Notes: generated from the sequence alone by a model not told the origin. A DNA stretch of 32,000 nt from Candidatus Hadarchaeota archaeon (GCA_964514965.1 CAZETV010000001.1:480001-512000), one strand, 5' to 3'. Positions 17,490-27,192 are shown, numbered from the stretch's first letter. Numbers and translations are program-made.

Positions 17490-18216
17490 AATAATATTAA
17501 TAACCGGCCACAAGAAGAGCGGCAAGACCAAAGTAATCGAGGGTTTAATCAAAGAGCTAATAAATCGTAGCTATCGCGTGGGAACGGTGAAACATGTCCC
17601 GAAACAAGGATTCACGTTGGATCAATCTGGTACGGACACTTGGAGGCATGCCCAAGCGGGGAGTAAGACAATAGTGTGTGTAAGCCCTGAAGAAGTTGCA
17701 ACTCTGGAGAAACGTAAGCCTGACCTCGGAGGAATACTTTTGAGTTTGCGTGACCTCGATTTTGTCATATTGGAGGGCTTCGGTAGTGTTAAAAATTTAG
17801 TGAAGATAACGGTTGCCCGAAATGAGAACGAAGCATCGGAGTTGGACGACGATTTCACGGTCGGTTTTATAGGCCAAGGAGTCGGTGCAAAAGAGGTCTT
17901 AGACCCGGATAATTTTAGAGCAATTGCTGACTTGGTCGAGCAGAAAGCACTTCCCCCTACAGCTGGTCTCGACTGCGGAGACTGTGGTTATAGAACCTGC
18001 AGAGAGTTTTTTCTCGCAGCTCTAGCTGAGAAAGCTCCGAAAAACGGTTGCAGACCGCTCTTTGGCCGCGTCCTGCTTACGGTGGATAGCAGACGAATCC
18101 CCCTTAATGTTTTCATGCAGAATTTGATAGCCGGAACCATTGCTGGGATGTTAACCTCTCTGAAAGGTGCTAAAGGAGAGGAGATAAAAATCGAGGTAAT
18201 TCGGCATGAAAGATAG
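17482..18216 (+). CDS. mobB: Molybdopterin-guanine dinucleotide biosynthesis protein MobB with C-terminal 4Fe-4S-like domain
   Basis: Motifs IILITGHKKSGKTKVIEGLI, VGTVKHVP, DTWRHAQAG, ILEGFG, then CGDCGYRTCREFF...C. Track ORF begins at 17407, but TTG 17482 overlapping the moeA stop fits the conserved N-terminus. Confidence 0.92.
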   Translation: MLRIILITGHKKSGKTKVIEGLIKELINRSYRVGTVKHVPKQGFTLDQSGTDTWRHAQAGSKTIVCVSPEEVATLEKRKPDLGGILLSLRDLDFVILEGFGSVKNLVKITVARNENEASELDDDFTVGFIGQGVGAKEVLDPDNFRAIADLVEQKALPPTAGLDCGDCGYRTCREFFLAALAEKAPKNGCRPLFGRVLLTVDSRRIPLNVFMQNLIAGTIAGMLTSLKGAKGEEIKIEVIRHER

Positions 18217-19147
18217 ATATGGGCGGCCAATCACCAGCTTGCGAATATCCGTGACTAACAGGTGCGACCTAAATTGTTTTTACTGCCATCGAGAGGGCTG
18301 CCAAGGCGGAGATCGGGAGATGACAGCGAACGAAATAGGTGAAATAGTCCGAGTCGGATCAGAATTTGGTATCAAAAATGTCAAGCTGACTGGCGGAGAA
18401 CCTCTGATGCGTGATGATATAGAGGATATAGTGTCCGCGGTTAATCAGCCCTCCATTGCTGATGTTTCGATGACGACCAACGGCACTAAGCTCGCTGGAA
18501 AAGCGAGAGGGCTAGCAGAGGCCGGGCTTAATCGTGTCAACATTAGTTTGGATACTCTAAAACCTCTAATTTATTCTAAGATCACCGATGCGCCGAAGCT
18601 TGAACGCGTTCTAGAAGGCATAGACGCCGCGCTGGATGCCGGCCTGCATCCCGTGAAGTTGAACATGCTTGTCCTTAGGGAGATTAATGAGGGCGAGATT
18701 GAGCAGGTAATGGATTATTCACTGGACCGCGGAGCAATTCTGCAGATTCTAGAATTGCTTCGAACGCCCGATATCGCAGAAATTTATGAGCGCTTTCACG
18801 TTAGCTTAGAACCATTTGAACGTAAGATTCGCGAACAGGCACTGGACATCAAGACACGCCTATTAGGGCAAGCAAGGAAAAAGTACATTCTGCCCAAGGG
18901 AGAGGTTGAGATCGTCAGACCGATGCATAACTCCGAATTCTGTATGCATTGTACCCGCCTTCGCCTCACTCCTGATGGTCATCTCAAACCGTGCCTGATG
19001 CGCAACGATAACCTCGTGGATGTATTTTCCCCTATCAGTATAGACGACCTCGAAGGAGTCCGCAAAGCTTTCGCCGAAACCATCGCGAGGCGGGAACCAT
19101 ATTTCAAAGGTGTAGCTCGTGAGATATGCATTCAGAGTTGCGTATGA
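18206..19147 (+). CDS. moaA: GTP 3',8-cyclase MoaA (radical SAM)
   Basis: 313 aa; RISVTNRCDLNCFYCHREG, KLTGGEPLMRDDI, CMHCTRLRLTPDGHLKPCLMR motifs. Confidence 0.97.
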   Translation: MKDRYGRPITSLRISVTNRCDLNCFYCHREGCQGGDREMTANEIGEIVRVGSEFGIKNVKLTGGEPLMRDDIEDIVSAVNQPSIADVSMTTNGTKLAGKARGLAEAGLNRVNISLDTLKPLIYSKITDAPKLERVLEGIDAALDAGLHPVKLNMLVLREINEGEIEQVMDYSLDRGAILQILELLRTPDIAEIYERFHVSLEPFERKIREQALDIKTRLLGQARKKYILPKGEVEIVRPMHNSEFCMHCTRLRLTPDGHLKPCLMRNDNLVDVFSPISIDDLEGVRKAFAETIARREPYFKGVAREICIQSCV

Positions 19148-19931
19148 TGGATCGCATTATTTTGGATTCGTCAGGCAACCGAGCAAGCCCACCGTCGAAG
19201 CAGAACTGTTGAAAGCTTTCAAGAATTGCGGCGCATATCGTGAGTTAAAAAAAGCACAGTTTCGCACGGCAGCTCGAACGGATCGCGGCGTCAGCGCAGT
19301 CGGGCAAGTCGTGGCGTTGGATGTCGTCAAGGAACCAACTTTAAGTTTCATTAACACCTGCTTACCAGATGATATCGCAGTGCTTACAGCGATAGAAGTT
19401 GGGCCAAAGTTTAATCCTAGAAGGCAAGCACAAAGCAAACATTATCGCTACGTCTGCGAGGCGCTTCCCAACTTTAATCTGCCTCTCGCCCGCCGTGCCG
19501 CAAAGTTGCTCGAGGGCACCCACGATTTCAAGCATCTATGCAAGCACGACCAGGGACGGTCAACTCTCAGGAATCTCAAATACGCAAACGTTCGTGTTCA
19601 AAAAATTATTATTTTCGATTTCATCGCTCGGGCGTTTCTCTGGCAACAAGTACGGCGAATGGTGAATGTGCTACTTGCAGTTGGCACCGGCAAACTCAAT
19701 TTGGACGAGCTCAAAAGAATGTTAGAAGGGCGGGCAAAACAAGCAATGCAGCCAGCGCCAGCGGAAGGACTTATTTTAGTTAACGTCCGATATCCTTCCT
19801 TCGTGCTAATGCCTGACAAGCGTGCAGTTTCGAAATTTATTGAATACTTAAAGAGACGCGCACATCCGAGTTACGATGCAATGGCGCGCCTACTTCTACC
19901 AAAGCAAAACCCTCAATTCACTTCACTCTAA
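19119..19931 (+). CDS. truA: tRNA pseudouridine synthase A
   Basis: 270 aa; MRYAFRVAYDGSHYFGF, catalytic RTDRGVSA, FLWQQVRRMVNVLLAVGTG. GTG start overlaps moaA by 29 nt. Confidence 0.95.
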   Translation: MRYAFRVAYDGSHYFGFVRQPSKPTVEAELLKAFKNCGAYRELKKAQFRTAARTDRGVSAVGQVVALDVVKEPTLSFINTCLPDDIAVLTAIEVGPKFNPRRQAQSKHYRYVCEALPNFNLPLARRAAKLLEGTHDFKHLCKHDQGRSTLRNLKYANVRVQKIIIFDFIARAFLWQQVRRMVNVLLAVGTGKLNLDELKRMLEGRAKQAMQPAPAEGLILVNVRYPSFVLMPDKRAVSKFIEYLKRRAHPSYDAMARLLLPKQNPQFTSL

Positions 19932-19954
19932 CTTAATTGCAATTCAAGTTTCGA

Positions 19955-20104
19955 TTACTCCACTACCTCTTCTGGTTCTAAATCCCTCGGCTTATCCTTC
20001 AAAGTCTCAATCTTCCGCTCGGCCACCTTTAGCTCCCAATCGATTTTCTGCCTTTCCGCGATTGCCTCAGACCTTTTCTCGCAACCATGACTTACCGCTC
20101 CCAC
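19955..20104 (-). CDS. Possible 49 aa charged micro-protein downstream of the methyltransferase
   Basis: GTG start overlapping the MTase stop reads MGAVSHGCEKRSEAIAERQKIDWELKVAERKIETLKDKPRDLEPEEVVE. Predicted helical. Not in the supplied track. Confidence 0.3.
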   Translation of the reverse strand: MGAVSHGCEKRSEAIAERQKIDWELKVAERKIETLKDKPRDLEPEEVVE

Positions 20105-21231
20105 ATCAACAGGCTTTCCCGCGCTATTCCGACCTTTTTCCTCGCGGGAGTTGTACAGAAACGCTTGTTTACCACGATTACTCGCTTGGCCTTGAACCCG
20201 ACACGTTCTGCAAGCCTGCTAAGCGTTTCGCCGACATCAATAACACCTTCCGGGAAACATCCATCCGATGCAACCAAACAAACTCTCGCTCCGTGCTTGC
20301 AGACGCGATAAAGCTCCTTAATCACCGCGAACATGTCCCTGAAGTAAAGTTTCGCTTCGATTGGTTTTCCCTCAACAAATTCTCCAACTTCAGAAAAATC
20401 ATCCACAGTACCTCCCTCACGTACGCCGATAAGCTGATCTGAAGCTGGAGCATCCAAGCCCAACAACTGCTGCTCGATGCGGTACGCGTTGATGTATTCC
20501 CGTTTGTTTAAATAGGGTGGGGAGGTAACGACTGCATCGACGCTCTCTTCGGCCAGCCCAAGTTTTCTCGCGTCGCAGCGTTCGACCGTTACCCTGCAGG
20601 CTTTTCCCTCGAATCGCTCGACATCGCTACACATGCGCAGGAGTTGTCTTTTGAGCATGTTTCGAAGGGAATGCGCCGGCTTCTTGACGACCCTTATAGC
20701 CGCACCATCCTTGTGTGTCCAGCTACCTCGCATCGCCGCGTTCATCAGCCCTAGTAACAGAAATTCGCGAACCTTCTCGTTTTCAACCCTTAGTATTTCC
20801 TGCTTGAAGAATGCGATGTCTTCCATCAGATTTTTTGGAAAAACGCGCGCGACGAAACCAGGCATTTCAATTTCTAGTTTCTCGAACTTCGATTTCATCA
20901 ACGCCCGAACAGCTACCCTGAGTTCTTTCACATCATAATCTCTTAGTTTCACGCGAGAGGCGAACAACATGATTGGATATACATCATAACCAACACTGTC
21001 CACCCCAAGTTGTTTGCAGGCAAGCAGCGTCGTTCCGCAGCCAACAAACGGATCAATTAAGAGGTCGCCTTCGCCAAGCCCCCAAGTTTCAGCGAGTAGG
21101 AACACGAGGTCTCGGGAGAAAGCCTCTTTGAAATAGAACCAATTGTAGATGGGAATTCGCTTATTTACGAGGAAGGTCGCCAGTTTGCCCAATTTGAGCC
21201 TCTCGACTATCCTCACAGAAAAACTCTCCAA
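20092..21231 (-). CDS. DNA N4-cytosine/N6-adenine methyltransferase-like protein
   Basis: 379 aa; SAM motif DPFVGCGTTLLA followed by catalytic TSPPYLNKREY. Confidence 0.85.
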   Translation of the reverse strand: MESFSVRIVERLKLGKLATFLVNKRIPIYNWFYFKEAFSRDLVFLLAETWGLGEGDLLIDPFVGCGTTLLACKQLGVDSVGYDVYPIMLFASRVKLRDYDVKELRVAVRALMKSKFEKLEIEMPGFVARVFPKNLMEDIAFFKQEILRVENEKVREFLLLGLMNAAMRGSWTHKDGAAIRVVKKPAHSLRNMLKRQLLRMCSDVERFEGKACRVTVERCDARKLGLAEESVDAVVTSPPYLNKREYINAYRIEQQLLGLDAPASDQLIGVREGGTVDDFSEVGEFVEGKPIEAKLYFRDMFAVIKELYRVCKHGARVCLVASDGCFPEGVIDVGETLSRLAERVGFKAKRVIVVNKRFCTTPARKKVGIARESLLMWER

Positions 21232-21232
21232 A

Positions 21233-22456
21233 TCATCTTATTGATTTAAGATAATCAACTTCAGCATCGCTCAGTTCAAGTTCGGTCGCGATTCGGGATG
21301 CAACCTTCTTGTCGTGTTTGAATATCAAGTGAAAGTAGGGCAAGAAGTTTTTTCGTGCAACTTTAGAGGAGGTGTGACAACGGGCAGCAACTTTTTTCGC
21401 TGCGCTATCACGCACGGCCCGAACAGACCTAGTTCTGCCGAAATATTTTCCAGAACTGGGAGGTTGAAAGCGGACAAATTTTAGCTCACCATCACGAGAA
21501 AGAGCGACTCCGGCGCTCATTAGGTCGCTAGCGTACCTCCAAAGCCCGTAAGCTTGTCTTCTTCTAGCACGGCCTAGAAAAATATCTGCTCGCGAAATGG
21601 CGTCGTAGGCCTGAACTCGGTCAGTCGAGTCGGCAAACATCCGTGGGATATTTTCATTAATCCACGCAAGAGCATCGTCAGGCGCCTTGTCGAGCGCCCA
21701 TAACAACTCTCGGGCTTCTCTGACTCCTTTAGCATATACGAGTTGCTTCAGCACGTCGAAAATGTTAGCTCCCCTGTCGCGCCGGTAAAGCACGACATCC
21801 TTTATGGCTAAGCGCTTTCTGCCGGCCGTAATGGTTTGCAAATCGTTTATCGCGGAGCGCAGATCACCCCCTACAGTTTCAGCAATTACGTTCAATGCGA
21901 TCGGGTCGGCTTCGATGTGCTCCGCGCGACATATCCGTTGAAGTACGCTTGCGATTACATCCTTAGTTAAGCGCCTGAAGTTTGTGGCAAGGCAGGTGCC
22001 TCTTATTTTCCACGGAATCGCATATTGATCATTTGCAATTAGCACCAACGGGTTCTGAGTTTGCTTGAGCAATTCCTCAATCGCGCGATATCCACCCCGA
22101 TCTGTAGTTCCGTAGACATTGTCTGCCTCGTCAAGCACGACCAACCGTTTGCCTTCAGCCCCCGCAAAAAGGGTTCCTGTCGTCGCTGCTGTGCCGGCAA
22201 CCTGCTGGACTATTTTAAGAGTGCGTTTGTCGCTAGCATTGAGCTCGATTAAATCCCACCCAAATTCCCGCGCCAATGCAGCGGTGGCAACTGTTTTCCC
22301 GGTCCCCGCTGCCCCGTAGAGAAGGAGGGCTGATTTTTTTGGCTTGCCTATCCGCCACCCTTCCGCCCAGTCGAGCATTACTTTAAGAGCTTGAGGTTGC
22401 CCAATTACTTCCCCAAGTTTGCGAGGTTTGTATTTGTCAACCCAAGATTTTGACAT
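21233..22456 (-). CDS. rfcL: Replication factor C large subunit
   Basis: SWVDKYKPRKLGEVIGQ, Walker A LYGAAGTGKT, VVLDEADNV. The track ORF extends to 22534, but ATG 22456 fits the conserved N-terminus. Confidence 0.95.
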   Translation of the reverse strand: MSKSWVDKYKPRKLGEVIGQPQALKVMLDWAEGWRIGKPKKSALLLYGAAGTGKTVATAALAREFGWDLIELNASDKRTLKIVQQVAGTAATTGTLFAGAEGKRLVVLDEADNVYGTTDRGGYRAIEELLKQTQNPLVLIANDQYAIPWKIRGTCLATNFRRLTKDVIASVLQRICRAEHIEADPIALNVIAETVGGDLRSAINDLQTITAGRKRLAIKDVVLYRRDRGANIFDVLKQLVYAKGVREARELLWALDKAPDDALAWINENIPRMFADSTDRVQAYDAISRADIFLGRARRRQAYGLWRYASDLMSAGVALSRDGELKFVRFQPPSSGKYFGRTRSVRAVRDSAAKKVAARCHTSSKVARKNFLPYFHLIFKHDKKVASRIATELELSDAEVDYLKSIR

Positions 22457-22583
22457 GGATACACCAAACACAATTTGGCCGGGTTTGATTAAAATGATTG
22501 GGGCGTGGAAAACAGAAAAATATTCTTGCCCCATCTCCTGAAAATTGTCTTAAGTTCTAGTTCCATATACTGAATGGGATAAC

Positions 22584-23885
22584 GTGAAAATTGCGGTCAT
22601 CGCTGACACTCACCTGGGGACGAAGTGGGGGACTGCGCGGGAACAAGATTCTTTCGAGCAGACTAGAGAGGCCGTTGAGCAAGCGCTTGAACTTGGTGCG
22701 GAACTCATTCTCGTACTCGGCGATATTTTTGATATGAGAATCCCCCGCCAAGAAGTTTGGGCCCAAGCCATGCGTATCCTCTCAATTCCACTAGCAAAGG
22801 GACGAAACGAAATTACACTCAGCCGTGTTATAGACAAAAATCAGGACGATTTCTCCCCGGTGGCGCTCCGCGGGACACCCGTAATTGCTTTACACGGAAA
22901 TCACGAGCGGCGCACCAGAGGATTCATCAATCCTGTAGAAGCTCTCGAAGCTGCAGGTCTACTTATCCACCTGCATCACAACACGCTGGTTTTTAAAACC
23001 TCAAGTGGTACGTTAGCGATTCACGGCATGAGCAATGTACCCGAACAACATTCAAAAGATGTGCTCGCCACTTGGAACCCAAAGCCTGTGAAAGATGCGT
23101 TCAACATCCTGATGCTTCACCAATCTGTGGGACAGTACGTGTACTCGAGCGAGGAGTTCCCGACAATTGACCTCTCGGATCTGCCGTCCGGGTTTGATCT
23201 TTACCTCTGTGGACATATCCACTATCATACAGAAGCTACAACTCACGGGAAGCCACTGCTCTTTCCAGGAAGCACCGAACGAACCCAGCTGCTTCAAGTG
23301 GAGGCAGGGGTGCCAAAGGGGTTCTACATGCTCGACCTCGATGACCGGCTCAGCTACGAGTTTATCGCGCTTAAGAGTACACGAGATTTTTATTACGAAG
23401 AAATGAAATTCGAGAGTGTTGGAACCCTTCAGTTGAGTGAAGCGGTAAGAACAAAGGTATCGGAGCTTCTGGAGCGGCCCAGACACAATTTCGAGAAGCT
23501 ACCTCTGATCAGGCTGAGGCTCACTGGAACCCTCTCAAAGGGGGCATCGCGCAGCGAGTTAGACGAGCGATCAATCATTCAGGAGTTCGCCGATCGAGCG
23601 TTGGTCGCTATAAGCAAGGGCGATCTCACCTCCCCAGGGCTTGAGGAAAAAGTACAGCTCCTACGCAAGTTGAGGGAGAGACGCTTACCAATAGATGAGA
23701 TGGCTATGGGTCTGCTCGAGGCAAACCTTCGCGAGGTCAATTACGATCAACCGTTCGACGTACGTATGCTCTACAATCTTTTGGTTGAGAACAGGAGCGG
23801 GGAGGCTCTTCAAAAGGTGTTTGATGTGGTGGAAGAGCAGGTCAAAATTGAGCTGGAGAGGAAATCAGATGATAACTCAAGTTAA
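22584..23885 (+). CDS. mre11: DNA double-strand break repair nuclease Mre11
   Basis: 433 aa; IADTHLG, LVLGDIFD, ALHGNHE, MLHQS, LCGHIHYH phosphoesterase motifs. Upstream of rad50. Confidence 0.96.
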   Translation: MKIAVIADTHLGTKWGTAREQDSFEQTREAVEQALELGAELILVLGDIFDMRIPRQEVWAQAMRILSIPLAKGRNEITLSRVIDKNQDDFSPVALRGTPVIALHGNHERRTRGFINPVEALEAAGLLIHLHHNTLVFKTSSGTLAIHGMSNVPEQHSKDVLATWNPKPVKDAFNILMLHQSVGQYVYSSEEFPTIDLSDLPSGFDLYLCGHIHYHTEATTHGKPLLFPGSTERTQLLQVEAGVPKGFYMLDLDDRLSYEFIALKSTRDFYYEEMKFESVGTLQLSEAVRTKVSELLERPRHNFEKLPLIRLRLTGTLSKGASRSELDERSIIQEFADRALVAISKGDLTSPGLEEKVQLLRKLRERRLPIDEMAMGLLEANLREVNYDQPFDVRMLYNLLVENRSGEALQKVFDVVEEQVKIELERKSDDNSS

Positions 23886-26271
23886 ACTAAAAAATTGGAA
23901 GTCTCACCGCAACACCGATTTGCATTTTGGCGATGGCACGAATGTTCTCATAGGAACCATGGGTGCTGGAAAGTCAGCAGTATTGGATGCGATTACCTAT
24001 GCTCTCTTCGGAACTCTGCCTGCGGTGCAGACCCGGCGCATCAAGCTTGAGAATCTCATAACGAACCGACCTGATGTGATGAATCGAGCAGAGGTTGAGG
24101 TTGGGTTCCTCACGCCTAACGGCGACGAATTTACAGTCAAACGTGTCATCGAGCTAGGGAAAGGGACAGTACTTTCGGAACTTCGAAAAGCTACCGGCGA
24201 GTTAATCGAGAGCCCAAGTGCAACACGTGTAAGTGAGAATATCCGCTCCCTCCTCAAACTAGATTACGACCTCTTCGAGCGAGCGATTTACGCGGAACAA
24301 AATCGTTTGGATTATTTTCTGACCTTACCGCGCGGCAAACGTATGGAAAACATCGATGAACTTTTGGGTATAAACAAGCTTGAGCTGGCACGCAAAGAAA
24401 TCGGCTCGCTCACAAACCGCGTCCGGGACCGAACCGAGGAACGGAAGAAAACCATAAACCAACTCGGACAGGATGCTTCGCTAGCTCTCTTGCCGACCCA
24501 CGAGCAGGAGATGAAAGATATTGAACTCTCGAGGCAGGAGAGCCAGAGGAGGCTTCAGCAAATTCAACCAGAATTGGAGGCGACCTCCTCCCAACTCCAG
24601 CAATTTCGCAAAACCGAGCAGGAACTCGCACAGTTGGAGAGTTCATCTCGCGAACTCGATGGGGCGATAAATGCGCTGAATCGTCAAATCGAGCAAATCA
24701 AAGAGAGGTTAGGGGCCGCTGTCGCGTTTGCTCCCGAAGAACTCAAACGACGGGTGACGGATTTTGAACAGGCATGCCGCAAAACCGATGCCCGTACGAC
24801 TGAACTCAACTCTAATTTAACTACTAGCAGCTCGAGGGTGCGGGAATTAGAAACCAAGATATGGATGATCCATGAACGCTTGGAAAGGCTCACGAGCGAG
24901 ATAAAACGAAAACACAAGTTGAGTGAAGAGTTGGGAAAATTAAGATCACAAGAACTGGTGAAGTTGATTGAAGAACTGCAGCTTAAGTCTAGAAGCGCTG
25001 GCGATGAACTTGCAGCTTCTCATGCCCGAGCGCAGGACTTTCAGCAAATAATAGATGAACTCGCAGCAGCTGGTTCAACGTGCCCAGTCTGTGAAAGTCC
25101 CCTTGAGGAGAGCAAAAAGCAGCAATTATTGGAGGAGCGCAAAGAACAGCTTAAGGCGAAAATCAAACGCGCAGCCGAACTTGACGCGCACGTGAAAGAG
25201 TTGAATAAAAATTTGAACGAGAAGCTCGAACTTCAGAGAAAAGCCCAGCTACTGGCGAAGGAAACCGAGGAGCTTCCTGCGATAGAGGCAGAACGTTCTC
25301 AGCTTTCCCAACAAACTCAAAGTTTGGAACGGGAACTTCTAAATGTGCAGACGGCGACAAGGAAACTCAAGATTGAGGTCGAGATGGCACGCAAAGAAGC
25401 GGAAACACTTCGTGAGCAGTTCAACGCAACCAAGCAGTCACTTCAGCTAAGGCTTGACTTGAACCATCTTGAAATAGATCACGCGCAAAAGTTCAACGAA
25501 CGATTACGTGTACAGCACGAGCTGGATCAGTTTAAGCGCACTTATGACGCTGGACGGGTAAAAGAATTCGAACGTAAATACGAGGAACTCATTCGCGCTC
25601 ATGAGCGTTTGCAAACTGAACTTGTCGGGAAGGAGCAGTTGATCGCGGAGAAGCGGAGACTCATCGAGAATATTCGAGAAAAGCGTGAGACGATTTTGCG
25701 ATGTGAGATAGAGGTCAAACATCTGGAGGACGCAGTGAGAGGGCTAACTACAATTCAAGCCGCGCTCGCGCGAACCCAGGTGGCTATGCGCAGGGAATTC
25801 ATCGATGGAGTTAACGAGGCGATGAGCGAACTCTGGGAGAGCATCTACCCTTACGGAGATTTAACAGGCATCAAACTTGCTGTCGAGGGGGGTGAACGAG
25901 GAAGCGATTACGTGCTGCAACTCCGCGATCGCTCTGGAAATTGGACTCCAGTCGAAGGAATCGCGAGCGGAGGTGAACGCACCGATGCCTGCCTAGCCCT
26001 CCGGATAGCGTTTGCGATTGTGCTCGCGCCATCGCTCAGCTGGATCGTGCTTGATGAACCTACGCACAATCTCGACGAGGAAGGTATTCAGGAACTCGCG
26101 AAAGTTTTGAGGGAGCGCCTCCCAGAAATTGCGCAGCAGATAATAATTATAACTCATGAACAGCGGCTAGAGGAAGCGGTGAGTGGCTACCTCTATCGTT
26201 TTTCACGAAACAAGGATGCGGATGAGCCAACGAAGGTCGAACGAGCGACAGTCCCAGAGCGATTTGATTGA
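23869..26271 (+). CDS. rad50: DNA double-strand break repair ATPase Rad50
   Basis: MITQVKLKNWKSHRNTDLHFGDGTNVLIGTMGAGKSAVLDAI, zinc hook CPVC, signature EGIASGGERTDACLALRIA, Walker B WIVLDEPTHNLDEE. The ATG at 23869 overlaps mre11. The track ORF started at 23695. Confidence 0.97.
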   Translation: MITQVKLKNWKSHRNTDLHFGDGTNVLIGTMGAGKSAVLDAITYALFGTLPAVQTRRIKLENLITNRPDVMNRAEVEVGFLTPNGDEFTVKRVIELGKGTVLSELRKATGELIESPSATRVSENIRSLLKLDYDLFERAIYAEQNRLDYFLTLPRGKRMENIDELLGINKLELARKEIGSLTNRVRDRTEERKKTINQLGQDASLALLPTHEQEMKDIELSRQESQRRLQQIQPELEATSSQLQQFRKTEQELAQLESSSRELDGAINALNRQIEQIKERLGAAVAFAPEELKRRVTDFEQACRKTDARTTELNSNLTTSSSRVRELETKIWMIHERLERLTSEIKRKHKLSEELGKLRSQELVKLIEELQLKSRSAGDELAASHARAQDFQQIIDELAAAGSTCPVCESPLEESKKQQLLEERKEQLKAKIKRAAELDAHVKELNKNLNEKLELQRKAQLLAKETEELPAIEAERSQLSQQTQSLERELLNVQTATRKLKIEVEMARKEAETLREQFNATKQSLQLRLDLNHLEIDHAQKFNERLRVQHELDQFKRTYDAGRVKEFERKYEELIRAHERLQTELVGKEQLIAEKRRLIENIREKRETILRCEIEVKHLEDAVRGLTTIQAALARTQVAMRREFIDGVNEAMSELWESIYPYGDLTGIKLAVEGGERGSDYVLQLRDRSGNWTPVEGIASGGERTDACLALRIAFAIVLAPSLSWIVLDEPTHNLDEEGIQELAKVLRERLPEIAQQIIIITHEQRLEEAVSGYLYRFSRNKDADEPTKVERATVPERFD

Positions 26272-26272
26272 T

Positions 26273-26770
26273 TTAGGCCCCAGCAATCTCGAAAATCCTC
26301 ACGGTCGCTGGCACAGCAATGTTTTCCCCACCAGCCGTGGTTAAACGTACCTCCCCTTGTCTAACAAATTGTTTCTCCGCATCTATGCCGGGCCCAACAC
26401 CTTCGGGCCATGAAAGCTCCCAAGAAGAGTTATCGTAACTTAAGTTGACCGCCACAGCATATCCTGGCGGGCAAAGGTATTCGAGGGCGTTCTCCATGGC
26501 GGAGCGCAAGTGGAGTCCAGGCACGGTTGGTTGTCCTAGCAGAAGATTTTCGGCGGCCGCTCGCAGAAAGCTTATACTATACGGCCCGACCCAAGCGAGC
26601 TCCAATGTCATGTACAAATGTTCGCTCTTGAGTTCGAGTTGGCGGTCGGTGGCTGTCTGGAGTGGTCTCAAGCTGTAGGTGTGCATAAACACCGCGGCGA
26701 GGACTAGCATTACAAACATGAAAGCGATTGCGAGAATATCTGCAACGCCCTGATTTTCTAAGCGCGCCAT
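26273..26770 (-). CDS. Minor pseudopilin-like membrane-anchored protein
   Basis: 165 aa from MARLENQGVADILAIAFMFVMLVLAAVFMHTY, an N-terminal TM plus extracellular-type domain. Overlaps the upstream ORF by 13 nt. Confidence 0.65.
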   Translation of the reverse strand: MARLENQGVADILAIAFMFVMLVLAAVFMHTYSLRPLQTATDRQLELKSEHLYMTLELAWVGPYSISFLRAAAENLLLGQPTVPGLHLRSAMENALEYLCPPGYAVAVNLSYDNSSWELSWPEGVGPGIDAEKQFVRQGEVRLTTAGGENIAVPATVRIFEIAGA

Positions 26771-27192
26771 GCGATCACACTTAACTTGGCGGGTAAGAAT
26801 CGGCCATCCTCGTAGAGTGCGCACGCCACCGCCAACGAACATCTCGCCTTATCCTCGGGTGGGGCTAAACCATAGGGTCCGAGAATATATTCGCTCCCAG
26901 CCTCGTAGCTCACCGAAACCAAAAAATCAAAGTTTTCACCACCAATCTCCCAGCGGGTGGGACAATTTTCAAGTTTCTCAGGATCAATCGAGTACATGTG
27001 CAACTTTTCATCGTTGTCTACATACGCCAGTTCCTCTACAGATAGGCGGGTGACGATTGCTGACGTGACATCAGTTAGCTCAGTGAGCGCAGAGATGGTA
27101 CGGTGTTGTTGGTAAGCAGAGACGGTCACAAGCAAGAAAGAGATAACAAGAATGCATGTAGTAAGTGTTTTCAGGATTTGGGTTAGTGTCAT
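26758..27192 (-). CDS. Minor pseudopilin-like membrane-anchored protein
   Basis: 144 aa, TM LKTLTTCILVISFLLVTVSAYQ, Cys-containing extracellular-type region. Overlaps neighbours. Confidence 0.65.
   Translation of the reverse strand: MTLTQILKTLTTCILVISFLLVTVSAYQQHRTISALTELTDVTSAIVTRLSVEELAYVDNDEKLHMYSIDPEKLENCPTRWEIGGENFDFLVSVSYEAGSEYILGPYGLAPPEDKARCSLAVACALYEDGRFLPAKLSVIAWRA

Noticed and set aside
19876-20442. 188 aa plus-strand ORF over the truA end and MTase C-terminus
   Set aside because: Low-complexity S/P/N-rich translation, antisense to the MTase's conserved C-terminal region. Shadow ORF.
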